Assembly: GCA_012511555.1 (NCBI GenBank)
Contig: JAAZFX010000056.1
Location: forward strand, 19,445-83,444
Direction: 5' to 3'
DNA: 64,000 nt
DNA from: Alcaligenaceae bacterium
GTDB lineage: Bacteria > Pseudomonadota > Gammaproteobacteria > Burkholderiales > Burkholderiaceae_B
The translations under genes and the position numbers were made by a program. Below the pieces are notes generated by a model. The model ran no database searches, had not been told where the DNA came from, and worked only from the letters and a program-made list of their open reading frames with translations. Below, piece by piece: positions 9,393 through 19,047 of this stretch; positions within the stretch are counted from its first letter, which is position 1; the number at the start of each line of letters is the position of its first letter.

Positions 9393-11426
9393 TTACCTAA
9401 ATTTAAAAAATTTTAATCTAGCCCAAAACTTTCTTTTGGGTGGAGAAGCTAATTGTTGCTTCTGCACAAGATCATTTAAATACTGTATTGTGTAACCTTC
9501 TTTTAGTTCATCAATAAAAGAAGACTGTTGCGCTTCCGAATAAGATAAATAGATCTGCCTTTTAGCTCTAGTCAAGGCTACATAAAACAAACGCCTTTCT
9601 TCGGCAAAAGGAAAATCCTCAGCCATTGGCAAAAAACTTTCTACCAGCTTGTCGCTGAACTTTTCAGAAGGAAAACCAAACTCCCCTCTATTCATCTCCA
9701 ACAACAGGACATAATCTGCCTCATTGCCCTTGACACTATGAACCGTACCTTGCAAAAGCTCTAGCTTAGAAAAGCTTTGAGCATAAGCAGAGAGCTCTCT
9801 AGGACTGAGTAAAAAATGATGAAAACGCGATAAAATTAATACCGAAACTCGCTCCTGCAGAGAACTCCCTGTACCTGACTCTGCATCTCGCTGAATCACT
9901 TCCAATATACTGACTAGCCAATTCCTTCGCTTGTGTTGTCCTAAAGGACATAAAATCAATGGGTTCTTATGTCCCTGATAACCATGCAAAAACTTTCTGG
10001 ACTGTCTGTTATTTGCTAAAACAAAGCGACTAGACTCCTTACTCAACGTTTCACCAAACCTGAAACTTTGACTCAATGTATAACGTTGAACCTCACCAAA
10101 AAACAGCTCAAACTCCGTAGTAAAGCGCAAATCTGAACCAGCAAAGCGATAAATTGCTTGCCAGTCATCACCCACACAAAAAAGCCGAATGGTTGGACGC
10201 TGCTCTCGCATCGCCTGAATCAAGGCAGCACGATGATGAGAAATATCCTGAAACTCATCAATCATCACCTCGTCCCAAGGTATTTGAAACTTGCCGGATC
10301 GAATATACTCTGTAGCCAATATAATCATCTTTTCAAAATCGATGCTGCCGGACCTCTCTAACTGCTTCTGATATAGCCGCCAAAGAGGCTCCAGTAAAGC
10401 ACTCAGCAACTTCCCCTCTAGCCCTAACGATGACTCTAAATCCGGCCAAGACAACTCGTACTTAAACAAAGGTAGCCAACGAACAAGCTGCTCAACTAGG
10501 GATTCATAATGATAGGCTGAACGCCCTAAGCCAATATGCTTAGACTTGGTACTTTTGCGACTTGAAAAGTCACTCAATAAAGCATAAATCTGCTGATAAA
10601 AGTGCTCTAAATCACTATCTAAGAACAGCTCTATGCACTTAGTTTTATGCGCAGCATGAATGTCCGAAGACTTTTGTCGGCGCTCAACCTGCTGTTCTGA
10701 TAAAGAAGCTGCAGAGACATCATAAACTTCCAGATAAATATCTTGAACCGGTAAATAAAAACCTGGTTGATATGACTTATACCTCTCCCAAGTATGCGGC
10801 TTGGCATAGTGAGTCTTATATAGATAATCCACTCTAAACTGATAAAGTAAATTGGCACATATTAATTCTGCTCGATTATCCACATACTCATCATGTAAAC
10901 TACGGAAAAGCTGATTATTAGACGGTGTAATTGATGCAATGCTAAGCCATTTATAATAGGCAGTTAAGTAATTAGCATCTTTTGCACAAAGTTCAAAAAA
11001 GCCATGACGTATAAAATGCTCCATCGCCCCTGCTTCGCTTAACTCCGTAAGTTGAGGTACAGTGCCTTTAACCTTAGCCACAATATACAAGCCTAAACTG
11101 TGAAAGGTATTGACCTGTACCCCTTCACTTATCATGGGCAGCAAATCATCAATACGCTCACGCATCTCTACTGCTGCTTTGCGGGCAAAGGCTAACATTA
11201 GAATATTGGATGTTTGAGACTCTTCCTGCTGAAATAAATATGCCAAGCGACCGATTAAAGTTCTGGTTTTGCCAGTCCCGGCCCCTGCTAAGACAAGGCT
11301 TGACAAGGCAGTACTTGAAGCCGCGACATACTGCTCTTCACTAAGCCCCTCAATAATTACTTGGCTAAGTTTAAAAGTGCTTTTTATCGTTGGAGAATCT
11401 GAATCTGTCTTACTCACTACAGCCAC
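9393..11426 (-). CDS. UvrD-family SF1 helicase, helicase IV (HelD)-like
   Basis: AGAGTGKT, TFHSLG, DEFQD, VGDDWQAIYRFAGSD, TVHSVKGNEAD and EERRLFYVALTRAK. Confidence 0.85.
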   Translation of the reverse strand: MAVVSKTDSDSPTIKSTFKLSQVIIEGLSEEQYVAASSTALSSLVLAGAGTGKTRTLIGRLAYLFQQEESQTSNILMLAFARKAAVEMRERIDDLLPMISEGVQVNTFHSLGLYIVAKVKGTVPQLTELSEAGAMEHFIRHGFFELCAKDANYLTAYYKWLSIASITPSNNQLFRSLHDEYVDNRAELICANLLYQFRVDYLYKTHYAKPHTWERYKSYQPGFYLPVQDIYLEVYDVSAASLSEQQVERRQKSSDIHAAHKTKCIELFLDSDLEHFYQQIYALLSDFSSRKSTKSKHIGLGRSAYHYESLVEQLVRWLPLFKYELSWPDLESSLGLEGKLLSALLEPLWRLYQKQLERSGSIDFEKMIILATEYIRSGKFQIPWDEVMIDEFQDISHHRAALIQAMREQRPTIRLFCVGDDWQAIYRFAGSDLRFTTEFELFFGEVQRYTLSQSFRFGETLSKESSRFVLANNRQSRKFLHGYQGHKNPLILCPLGQHKRRNWLVSILEVIQRDAESGTGSSLQERVSVLILSRFHHFLLSPRELSAYAQSFSKLELLQGTVHSVKGNEADYVLLLEMNRGEFGFPSEKFSDKLVESFLPMAEDFPFAEERRLFYVALTRAKRQIYLSYSEAQQSSFIDELKEGYTIQYLNDLVQKQQLASPPKRKFWARLKFFKFR

Positions 11427-11512
11427 ATTTACTAAAAAAACGGTGTTGTGAAACAGCTTAACAAAACTACCTGACTAAATATAAAAAATGGACCTTTTTG
11501 TCCTCCCCAAAA

Positions 11513-11548
11513 TAATAGCCTGTCAGCAAAAATACTGACAGGCTATTA
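11513..11548. terminator. Intrinsic terminator hairpin
   Basis: TAATAGCCTGTCAG-N8-CTGACAGGCTATTA downstream of the 11592..11981 gene. Confidence 0.75.
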
Positions 11549-11591
11549 AAAAAGGAAGTAAACGCCTTAATAACGTCAAGCGTCTCTTAAC

Positions 11592-11981
11592 TTATTGAAC
11601 GGGACGAGATAAATCCTGAACTGGGGTACCTTGCGCCTCTACTGCATCCCTAACAGACTCTGCTACAGGAGCTGGTAAAGTAGTAGCACCAGAAGTTGCA
11701 GCACCGCTAGTCTGCTGAACGGCTTGACCATCTGGACCAACGACCGTTGTTCTACTTTGACCCGTGGCTGTACCAACATCTACTTGACGAGTTGATAAGT
11801 TTTGTTGAGCAGCTTGTTCAGGTGTCACAGGAATCACTGTTTCAGTAATACGTAAAGTCGGCTCAACATACATATCTTGAGACTTGGCCCAAGCTGAACG
11901 GTGGTCCTGTCCCTCTTCTTGAGCAACAGCAACGCCACTCACCATCAAAGTTGATAATCCTAGAAGTAATATTTTTTTCAT
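11592..11981 (-). CDS. Secreted/periplasmic hypothetical protein
   Basis: Sec signal peptide MKKILLLGLSTLMVSGVAVA|Q, AGGAG RBS and a low-complexity Q/T/A/V-rich mature part. Confidence 0.8.
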   Translation of the reverse strand: MKKILLLGLSTLMVSGVAVAQEEGQDHRSAWAKSQDMYVEPTLRITETVIPVTPEQAAQQNLSTRQVDVGTATGQSRTTVVGPDGQAVQQTSGAATSGATTLPAPVAESVRDAVEAQGTPVQDLSRPVQ

Positions 11982-12212
11982 GAAAAGACTCCTTTATTCA
12001 CCATAGGTATTAATTAGTTTATACATTAATTGATATTAACAGGGATTGATGCCACCAAATGCAACAAGATGTTATAACCTCTTGTCTATTTAAGATAACA
12101 TAAAACATTATAAAAGCTTATTATGTCGTTACTATGCATTCCCCTATGATTTCAGTCGAACACCTGATAAAATCCAATTGTTCCGATAAGAAGCTGCCTG
12201 GAGTTCTAACTT

Positions 12213-12470
12213 ATGAAATTTAAAAAATTACTATTAATCGCAATTCCTGTATTAATGTCTGCTTGTGCAAGCAAAATTGACATCAGCAATCATAACTCCT
12301 ATGGCCTTAAATGTTCTAACAGCGCCTCAACGTCGCCTGACTGGGCTGCTTGTCAAACTAGCGCGGATAGAGTTTGCTCACCACTTAAAGCAGTTAATAT
12401 TCAGCAACATGCACCAACCGGCTCTGGATCCGCTGATGACTCCTATTTCATAACTTTTAGCTGCCAATAA
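12213..12470 (+). CDS. Small lipoprotein with four additional Cys
   Basis: Lipobox MSAC, GGAG RBS and a C..W..C..A..C...C pattern. Confidence 0.8.
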   Translation: MKFKKLLLIAIPVLMSACASKIDISNHNSYGLKCSNSASTSPDWAACQTSADRVCSPLKAVNIQQHAPTGSGSADDSYFITFSCQ

Positions 12471-12504
12471 ATACATTAAAAATCAAGCTAATAGATTCAT
12501 ATAT

Positions 12505-12542
12505 AATAAGGCGGTCAATCAAATTTGATTGACCGCCTTATT
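12505..12542. terminator. Perfect 38-bp palindrome between convergent genes (bidirectional terminator)
   Basis: AATAAGGCGGTCAATCAAA|TTTGATTGACCGCCTTATT. Confidence 0.75.
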
Positions 12543-12586
12543 TATTCTTGCTATAAATAGCAATTATTCAATATCTCTAGCGCAAG

Positions 12587-13201
12587 TTATCTTTGCGATG
12601 GCTGCGCGCTTAACCACTGGACAATTTGTAAGTGGATCTGTTGATTAGCCTCTGCAAAAGCGTTGAGTACAGCCTCATCTGATGCCGCCTCAAGAGGTGC
12701 ACGAGCTTTAAAACTAGCTGTACTTACTGGATAGTCCCTTACTTTCAGACTACTTAAACTAGCATCTACGCTAATAACAACTTCAGCAGGTTCCACTGAG
12801 TGATCTAATTGAAAATCCTGTAGATCACTGCGTAATGAATAATCACCTGCCGCTGTATCATCATTAATAACTGCACGATAAATATTTGCGCTACGTAAAG
12901 CTCGAATCAAACTGTCTCTAAAAACTATAGGGCCCAAATCTTCCCAACGAATTCCATCCATCACTGCCAAACTGCGTTCTGGTGTGACTGCTACCACTCG
13001 CGGAGTATTTAAATAATTTCTGCTGTAAGGTATAGCAACTCTTAAGACCTCATTTTTGGCTGCTACGTTTTGTGCTTGAAGCGTACCCTGAGGAAGTTGA
13101 TACACAGCTAGATGTGGAGCTTCCGGTAAAATTGAGCAAGCTGCCAATAATGTACCCAATGAACCTAGTGTCAATAAACGAAGAAATGATTTTTTTACCA
13201 T
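12587..13201 (-). CDS. ABC-type transport auxiliary lipoprotein (PqiC-like)
   Basis: Lipobox LAAC and RW motif; last gene of the MCE ABC operon. Confidence 0.8.
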   Translation of the reverse strand: MVKKSFLRLLTLGSLGTLLAACSILPEAPHLAVYQLPQGTLQAQNVAAKNEVLRVAIPYSRNYLNTPRVVAVTPERSLAVMDGIRWEDLGPIVFRDSLIRALRSANIYRAVINDDTAAGDYSLRSDLQDFQLDHSVEPAEVVISVDASLSSLKVRDYPVSTASFKARAPLEAASDEAVLNAFAEANQQIHLQIVQWLSAQPSQR

Positions 13202-14133
13202 GGTTTATATTCCTCTAACTGTTGACCCTCTAATATAAAGCGCCCAGGACTTTCTGAGAAATCTCTTAAGAAATTGTTAAATGTGCCCATACTACGCTTA
13301 AACTCGTTAAGTGCCGGACCCAACTGCTCCAAACCATCTAAGCCGGTAGCCAAGCTGCCTTGAGAGTTATCCACTAACTTTCTGATATTATCCGCTACTA
13401 CTTTAACCGACCCCAGAGCTTCCTCCATGGAAGATAACGCTTTAGCTCCCTGCTCATTGACTAATTGGCTGACGCTCGAACTAAACTCGGCAAAGACATC
13501 TACTGCAGCATTAGCACTAGATAATAGCCCTTCTGCTTCACGGATAACGGATTGTATATTGTCACTTTCATCAGCTACTGTAGCGGTAATAGCCTCAACA
13601 TTGGCTAGAATCTGACCTAAACTCTCGATATTTTCATCACTTAGAAGCTTTTTAACCCCAATTAAACTCTCACTCATACTAGAGACTAAACCTTCACCGC
13701 TAGAAAACAATTGCGATAGAGGCGAAGGTGTTGCATAAATAATTGCTCTATTGTCACGCGTGCCAATTAGACGTCCGCTAGTCTTGGTACCACCGGAAAG
13801 CGCTATCATCGACTGCCCTGTTATCCCAACCATAGAAATCATTGCTCTGACATCTGATTGAATCTCAACACCCTCTTGAACCTTTATGTAGGCATTAACA
13901 ATATTAGGATTGGCTTGAAGCTCTAAACGCTCAACCTCACCAATTTTCAACCCGCTATACTCCACCGCACTACCATTAGATAAACCGCTGACACTCTCAT
14001 TAAACTGCACAATAAAATACTGCCAGTTATGGGTAGTAGCAAATTTACCTAATACAATTACCGCAACGACAATACCTACGCTAACGATAGCGGTAAAAAA
14101 ACCTATTAAAACATGCCTTGCTTTTGGTTCCAT
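13195..14133 (-). CDS. MCE/MlaD family protein with helical extension
   Basis: FNESVSGLSNGSAVEYSGLKIGEV and GITG. Confidence 0.88.
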   Translation of the reverse strand: MEPKARHVLIGFFTAIVSVGIVVAVIVLGKFATTHNWQYFIVQFNESVSGLSNGSAVEYSGLKIGEVERLELQANPNIVNAYIKVQEGVEIQSDVRAMISMVGITGQSMIALSGGTKTSGRLIGTRDNRAIIYATPSPLSQLFSSGEGLVSSMSESLIGVKKLLSDENIESLGQILANVEAITATVADESDNIQSVIREAEGLLSSANAAVDVFAEFSSSVSQLVNEQGAKALSSMEEALGSVKVVADNIRKLVDNSQGSLATGLDGLEQLGPALNEFKRSMGTFNNFLRDFSESPGRFILEGQQLEEYKPW

Positions 14134-14149
14134 ACTTTACCTTTTAAAA

Positions 14150-15007
14150 CTAAACAATAGAATTGTGAGAAGTATATGCTGCACGACCGCGTGGGCCATT
14201 GAAATACTCTTGAATCCACTCATTTTCAACTTTTTTAACTTCTTCAATAGGGGCTGATATCAGCACTTTTTTGTCCGATAGTACGGCAATCTTATCGCAT
14301 GCAGTATATAAAGTATCCATATCATGCGTTACTAAAAAAATAGTTAAACCCAAAGCATCTCTAAGGGTTTTAATTAGTTCATCAAAATTAGCCGCACCAA
14401 TAGGATCTAAGCCCGCTGTAGGTTCATCTAAAAATAAAATAGCCGGATCCAATGCTAGGGAACGAGCAAGTGCTGCTCGTTTAATCATGCCTCCGGAAAG
14501 CTCTGAGGGATAGCGGTCTGCAGCAACTGCAGCTAAACCCACCAAGAACAACTTCATCAATGCTAAATCCTCGGCCTCTGCTCTAGGCATGCCCAATTGC
14601 TCAATCAACGGAAAAGCAATATTTTCTTTAACAGTAAGTGAGGAATAAAGAGCACCTTGTTGAAACAAAACGCCCATTTGTCGATCCACTTCAACCCGCT
14701 CAGAATTAGATAATGTAGATAAAGTTTTACCGAATATCGCGACTTCACCGGCTGCAGGTGTTATTAAACCCACGATGGACCGCAATAAAACTGACTTACC
14801 GGTACCTGAACCACCGACCACACCAAGAATATCACCCTGATAGACATCCAAGTCCAAATTATCATGGACCACATGTGAACCAAACTGATTACGCAAGCCT
14901 CGTACCTTGATAACCACGTTACGCTGCTCTTGTTGCTTTAAAGGCAAGTCTTTTGAGGAATCAACGCCCTCAAGGGATGGATTAATAGATAGACTCATAA
15001 CTACCAA
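14150..15007 (-). CDS. MlaF/Ttg2A-like ABC ATPase
   Basis: GGSGTGKS, LSGGMIKRAALAR and DEPTAGLDP; start uncertain (ATG 14998 is possible). Confidence 0.9.
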   Translation of the reverse strand: MVVMSLSINPSLEGVDSSKDLPLKQQEQRNVVIKVRGLRNQFGSHVVHDNLDLDVYQGDILGVVGGSGTGKSVLLRSIVGLITPAAGEVAIFGKTLSTLSNSERVEVDRQMGVLFQQGALYSSLTVKENIAFPLIEQLGMPRAEAEDLALMKLFLVGLAAVAADRYPSELSGGMIKRAALARSLALDPAILFLDEPTAGLDPIGAANFDELIKTLRDALGLTIFLVTHDMDTLYTACDKIAVLSDKKVLISAPIEEVKKVENEWIQEYFNGPRGRAAYTSHNSIV

Positions 15008-16134
15008 CCCACTTTCATAAAGAACATAGCCATCATTGCATCAATCAGGATAACCAAGAATATGCACTTAACAACACTATTAGTCGTACGCCTGCCTAAA
15101 GACTCTGCACTACCCTGCACCCTAAATCCTTCTAAACAACCAGTTGTTGCAATAATAAGAGCAAAAATAGGAGCTTTAGACATGCCGACTAGAAAGTGGC
15201 GTAGACCCACTTTGTCAATTAAGACCTCAACAAATAAAGTGGGAGAAATACCCAACATAAAAACTGATACTGCCATCCCCCCTAAAATACCAGCCACAAT
15301 TGCAATAAAAGTCAGTAATGGCAAGCTCACCATCAATGCGGTGACTCGCGGCAGCACCAAAATATTAAGAGGATCAACACCCCCCACCCTGAGAGCATCA
15401 ACTTCTTCATTTAACCGCATAGATCCGATATGAGCGGTAAATGCACTGGCTGTACGACCTGCTATTAAAATAGCCGTCAGCAGTACTCCAAACTCTCTCA
15501 TAAAAGCAAAACCAACTAAGTGCACAGTAAAAATAGTCGCACCAAATTGTTCTAATACAGTTGCTCCTAAAAAGGCGATAACTGCCCCAACCATAAAATT
15601 TAAGAGAATAATAATCGGTATTGCCTGGAAGCCGCTGGAATCAATATGAGCCACTACTGACGTGAAGCGCCACTTATTAGGCTGCAGCATGGTAAGCAAC
15701 ATATTTTCAATAATCGATCCAAAAAATGCTAACCAGCGTACAGTCTCATTTTTGGCGTCAAGCGTTTGACGACCTAAATGATCAAACCACAGCGCAAGGG
15801 GATTATATTTCTTAACACTTTGCTGCTGTTGCTTGGCCTCATCAAAACTTTGCAGCACAGCTAATAACAAATTACGGAAAGCGATCGGTAAAGAGCTGTC
15901 TTGTTCAAGCACCTCTTTTAAACGCTCTTCTCCCACCATTTTGATTAAGAGGTAAGCGCCATTAGTATCCATCTGATTAAGCTCAGAAAAATCAATAGTT
16001 TTAGCGCTTGAGAGCACTTGATCTAAGTTGCTCTTGATACTTTTAAGCTCTTTGTAATTTGCTAAAATCCAATCGCCTGTAATGGACAACTGCGCTTGAT
16101 CACTGCGCTTGAAGTATGGGGAAGCTGTAACCAA
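15001..16134 (-). CDS. MlaE family permease with N-terminal STAS-like domain
   Basis: REFGVLLTAILIAGRTASAFTAHIGSM..NEEVDAL; N-terminal MDTNG. Confidence 0.9.
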   Translation of the reverse strand: MVTASPYFKRSDQAQLSITGDWILANYKELKSIKSNLDQVLSSAKTIDFSELNQMDTNGAYLLIKMVGEERLKEVLEQDSSLPIAFRNLLLAVLQSFDEAKQQQQSVKKYNPLALWFDHLGRQTLDAKNETVRWLAFFGSIIENMLLTMLQPNKWRFTSVVAHIDSSGFQAIPIIILLNFMVGAVIAFLGATVLEQFGATIFTVHLVGFAFMREFGVLLTAILIAGRTASAFTAHIGSMRLNEEVDALRVGGVDPLNILVLPRVTALMVSLPLLTFIAIVAGILGGMAVSVFMLGISPTLFVEVLIDKVGLRHFLVGMSKAPIFALIIATTGCLEGFRVQGSAESLGRRTTNSVVKCIFLVILIDAMMAMFFMKVGW

Positions 16135-16270
16135 TCCTTGACTGCCTAAAAAGTTTAATTGAGTATTTTAAATCAAAATTTGAACTAAAAATAATGCTTA
16201 ACAACAACAAACAAAAAAACTGCCTAAGCAACTATTGTTATCAGGCTTTATTATATCTATAAAAACAGAA

Positions 16271-16303
16271 AAGCACCTTAATTGTCTCACAATTAAGGCG
16301 CTT
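16271..16303 (-). terminator. Intrinsic terminator after the LivJ-type gene
   Basis: AAGCACCTTAATTGT-ctc-ACAATTAAGGCGCTT, followed by a T-rich tract on the minus strand. Confidence 0.7.
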
Positions 16304-16332
16304 AATTAAATGACTTTAGAATGGCTGACTAA

Positions 16333-17457
16333 TTATTCGGTCGCTAAAGTTTTAGAACCATCGCTATGCCACTTAAAGACATCAAAGACGAACTCAGTCA
16401 AATCACCCTGCTCGGTCCAACTAATGTCACCCAATACTGTTGACACAGTATTATCATGTAACCAATCTGCTACTTTTTCAGGATCGGTAGAATTAGTTGC
16501 CTCGATGCCTTTAAGAATAGCCTGAGTTGCCGCATAGGCAGTTAACTGGAACGCTCCTGAAGGATTACGACCTTTGTCTTTAAAGGCCTTAACAATTTCA
16601 GCGTTTTCAGGTAAAGCAGAATAATCAGCAGGTAAAGTTACCAACATACCTTCTACAGCATCACCAGCAATTGCATTAACATCTGGATTACCTACGCCCT
16701 CAGGTCCCATAAGTGGCGCATCAAAACCTAACTCTCTTGCCTGACGCAATAATAAACCCATCTCAGGGTGATAACCGCCAAAATAAACAAAATCTACATC
16801 GGCAGAGCGTAAACTAGTCAAAATAGCAGAGTAATCAGATTCACCAGCATTGACACCTTCAAACATGACGACATTAACGCCCGCTTTTTGAGCTTCATCT
16901 CGTACTGAAGCTGCAATACCTTGACCATAAGACTGCTTATCGTGCAGCACCGCTAAACGCTCAGGCTTGGCAGTATTGATAATATACTCTGCAGCAGCAG
17001 GACCTTGTTGATCATCGCGGCCAATAGAACGGAAGATAAAGTGGAAGTTCTTGCCATCAGTAATTACCGGGCCAGTACCTGATGGTGTAATGGTTACTAC
17101 ACCATGCTCATCCAAAATGCTGGCAGCTGCCACTGTAGCACCGGTACATACTGGACCAACTACAAAACCAACCTTTTGGTTAATAATGTTATTAGCAGCG
17201 ATAGGTCCTTGTTTTGGCTCACATGCATCATCCACGCGAACAATCTCAAAGGTATTGCCATTAATGCCGCCTGCGTCATTAACAGTTTCAATCGCTGTAT
17301 TCATGCCCTCAAGTACCATATCCCCATATTGGGTCAATGGGCCCGTGATAGGACCGACAAAACCAATTTTTACTACATCAGCTTGTGCTGATGTGGCTAA
17401 ACCAAATGATAGTGTTGCCGCGGCAAATAATGCTGATAAACGGAAGGTCTTTTTCAT
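16333..17457 (-). CDS. Branched-chain amino-acid ABC substrate-binding protein (LivJ/LivK type), orphan
   Basis: Signal peptide; DDACEPKQ, HDKQSYGQG and YFGGYHPEMG. Confidence 0.9.
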   Translation of the reverse strand: MKKTFRLSALFAAATLSFGLATSAQADVVKIGFVGPITGPLTQYGDMVLEGMNTAIETVNDAGGINGNTFEIVRVDDACEPKQGPIAANNIINQKVGFVVGPVCTGATVAAASILDEHGVVTITPSGTGPVITDGKNFHFIFRSIGRDDQQGPAAAEYIINTAKPERLAVLHDKQSYGQGIAASVRDEAQKAGVNVVMFEGVNAGESDYSAILTSLRSADVDFVYFGGYHPEMGLLLRQARELGFDAPLMGPEGVGNPDVNAIAGDAVEGMLVTLPADYSALPENAEIVKAFKDKGRNPSGAFQLTAYAATQAILKGIEATNSTDPEKVADWLHDNTVSTVLGDISWTEQGDLTEFVFDVFKWHSDGSKTLATE

Positions 17458-17587
17458 AATAAATTATCCTCTAACCAATCTACTTAAACTTAAACTAATA
17501 AATACTTTAAATAACTAGTAGCATACCTGACTAATGGGGAAAATTACACTCGGTAATAACCACTAAAAACGCGGATTAAACCACAAT

Positions 17588-18181
17588 TTATGGCCATTGT
17601 TGAGTAAAGTCATGATAGTTAGGACGTTCTTTTTGCGGTGTTGCTACCCTCGGCGTGCCAATCGCAATAAAGCCCTGAAAACGATAGTCTAATGGATCAA
17701 AACCTAAAGCTTCTTGAAACTCCTCGATATAAGTCGCAATGCCGGTACTCCAAAAAGCACCATAACCCAAAAAGTGACTCGCATTAAGAATTTGAGTCAT
17801 CGCGGCGCCGGTCGCTAAATATTGCTCTATCTCATCAATCTTGTGAGTCACCTGATGATTAACTTGTGTAGCTACCGCGATAATTAGTGGCACTTCATAA
17901 AGCCACGCCTTAGAAGAAGCAAGCTTTTCATCATCAAAGGGACTGTCGGATGCTTGCCGCAGCTCATAAGAAAGGTCGGCAAAGGCTTTTATAGCCTCTT
18001 TGCCACGGATCACTTTAAAGCGCCAAGGACGAATGGCCCCATGATCAGGTGCCGTCATGGCTGCACTAAGTATTTTTTCCAGTTCCTCATCTGAAGGCCC
18101 TGGACCGTGAACTAACTTCATAGAATTGCGCTTTAAAAGCAAATCAATTGCTGATGTTGTATCAACCATAAAGATCTCCAA
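17588..18181 (-). CDS. Nitroreductase family protein (YdjA type)
   Basis: APDHG..RPWRF and GYGAFWSTG; start may be ATG 18169. Confidence 0.88.
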   Translation of the reverse strand: MEIFMVDTTSAIDLLLKRNSMKLVHGPGPSDEELEKILSAAMTAPDHGAIRPWRFKVIRGKEAIKAFADLSYELRQASDSPFDDEKLASSKAWLYEVPLIIAVATQVNHQVTHKIDEIEQYLATGAAMTQILNASHFLGYGAFWSTGIATYIEEFQEALGFDPLDYRFQGFIAIGTPRVATPQKERPNYHDFTQQWP

Positions 18182-18189
18182 AAACTTAC

Positions 18190-18939
18190 TTATTTAGTAC
18201 GTAAAAGAGCTTTCATATCACGTACAGCTTTTTCCCACCCGTCAAAAATCGACTGAGCTACAATAGCGTGGCCAATATTCAATTCGCTAAAACCCTCTAA
18301 AGCAACGATACTCTGGACATTTGTATAATGTAGACCATGTCCTGCATTGACTCTAAGGCCCAAACCCAAACCGGCAACCATAGCTAAGCGTACTCTTTCT
18401 AATTCTTTAGCAACAATTTCATCTTTACTTGCTGCTTGCTCGCTATCATGAGCAATTTCTGTCGCTTGTGAGTAATTACCGGTATGAATTTCAATGACAG
18501 TTGCACCTGTGCGAGCGGCAGCTTCAATTTGCTGCTCCTCGGGATCAATAAAGAGTGAGACTCTGATACCAGCATCTTGCAAACGTTGAACTGCACGCTG
18601 AACCTCGTTAAAACGTCCTAATACATCTAGACCGCCCTCAGTAGTCAACTCCTCAACTCTTTCGGGTACTAAGCACACATCATGTGGTTTAACATCAATA
18701 GCGATATTGAGCATTTCATCGGTAACAGCACACTCTAAATTCATACGTGTTGTGAGCAAAGGGCGCATTTTATATAAATCTGCGTCTTGAATATGGCGAC
18801 GGTCAAATCGTAAGTGCAGGGTAATCGCATCAGCACCGGCTTGTTCTGCTAATAAGGCTGCTTTAATCGGATCAGGATAAGTGACATTGCGTTGTTGACG
18901 AAGTGTCGCCACGTGATCGATATTTACACCTAAATCCAT
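18190..18939 (-). CDS. pdxJ: Pyridoxine 5'-phosphate synthase
   Basis: [26 protein letters not shown] and ELNIGH. Confidence 0.97.
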   Translation of the reverse strand: MDLGVNIDHVATLRQQRNVTYPDPIKAALLAEQAGADAITLHLRFDRRHIQDADLYKMRPLLTTRMNLECAVTDEMLNIAIDVKPHDVCLVPERVEELTTEGGLDVLGRFNEVQRAVQRLQDAGIRVSLFIDPEEQQIEAAARTGATVIEIHTGNYSQATEIAHDSEQAASKDEIVAKELERVRLAMVAGLGLGLRVNAGHGLHYTNVQSIVALEGFSELNIGHAIVAQSIFDGWEKAVRDMKALLRTK

Positions 18940-18970
18940 TATTACTCCAACAAAAAGATTAAAAATTAAA

Positions 18971-19013
18971 ACTAAAAAGCCTAAGAAAATAATTTATTCT
19001 TAGGCTTTTTAGT
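18971..19013 (-). terminator. Terminator of the RND operon
   Basis: ACTAAAAAGCCTAAGAA...TTCTTAGGCTTTTTAGT. Confidence 0.75.
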
Positions 19014-19047
19014 ATCTACATATTATGCACGAAAATCAATCAAGAAC

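Noticed and set aside
19012-19035. Partial resemblance to a dif XerC arm (minus strand GTGCATAATATGTA)
   Set aside because: There is no XerD arm (TTATGTTAAAT-like) at the right spacing.
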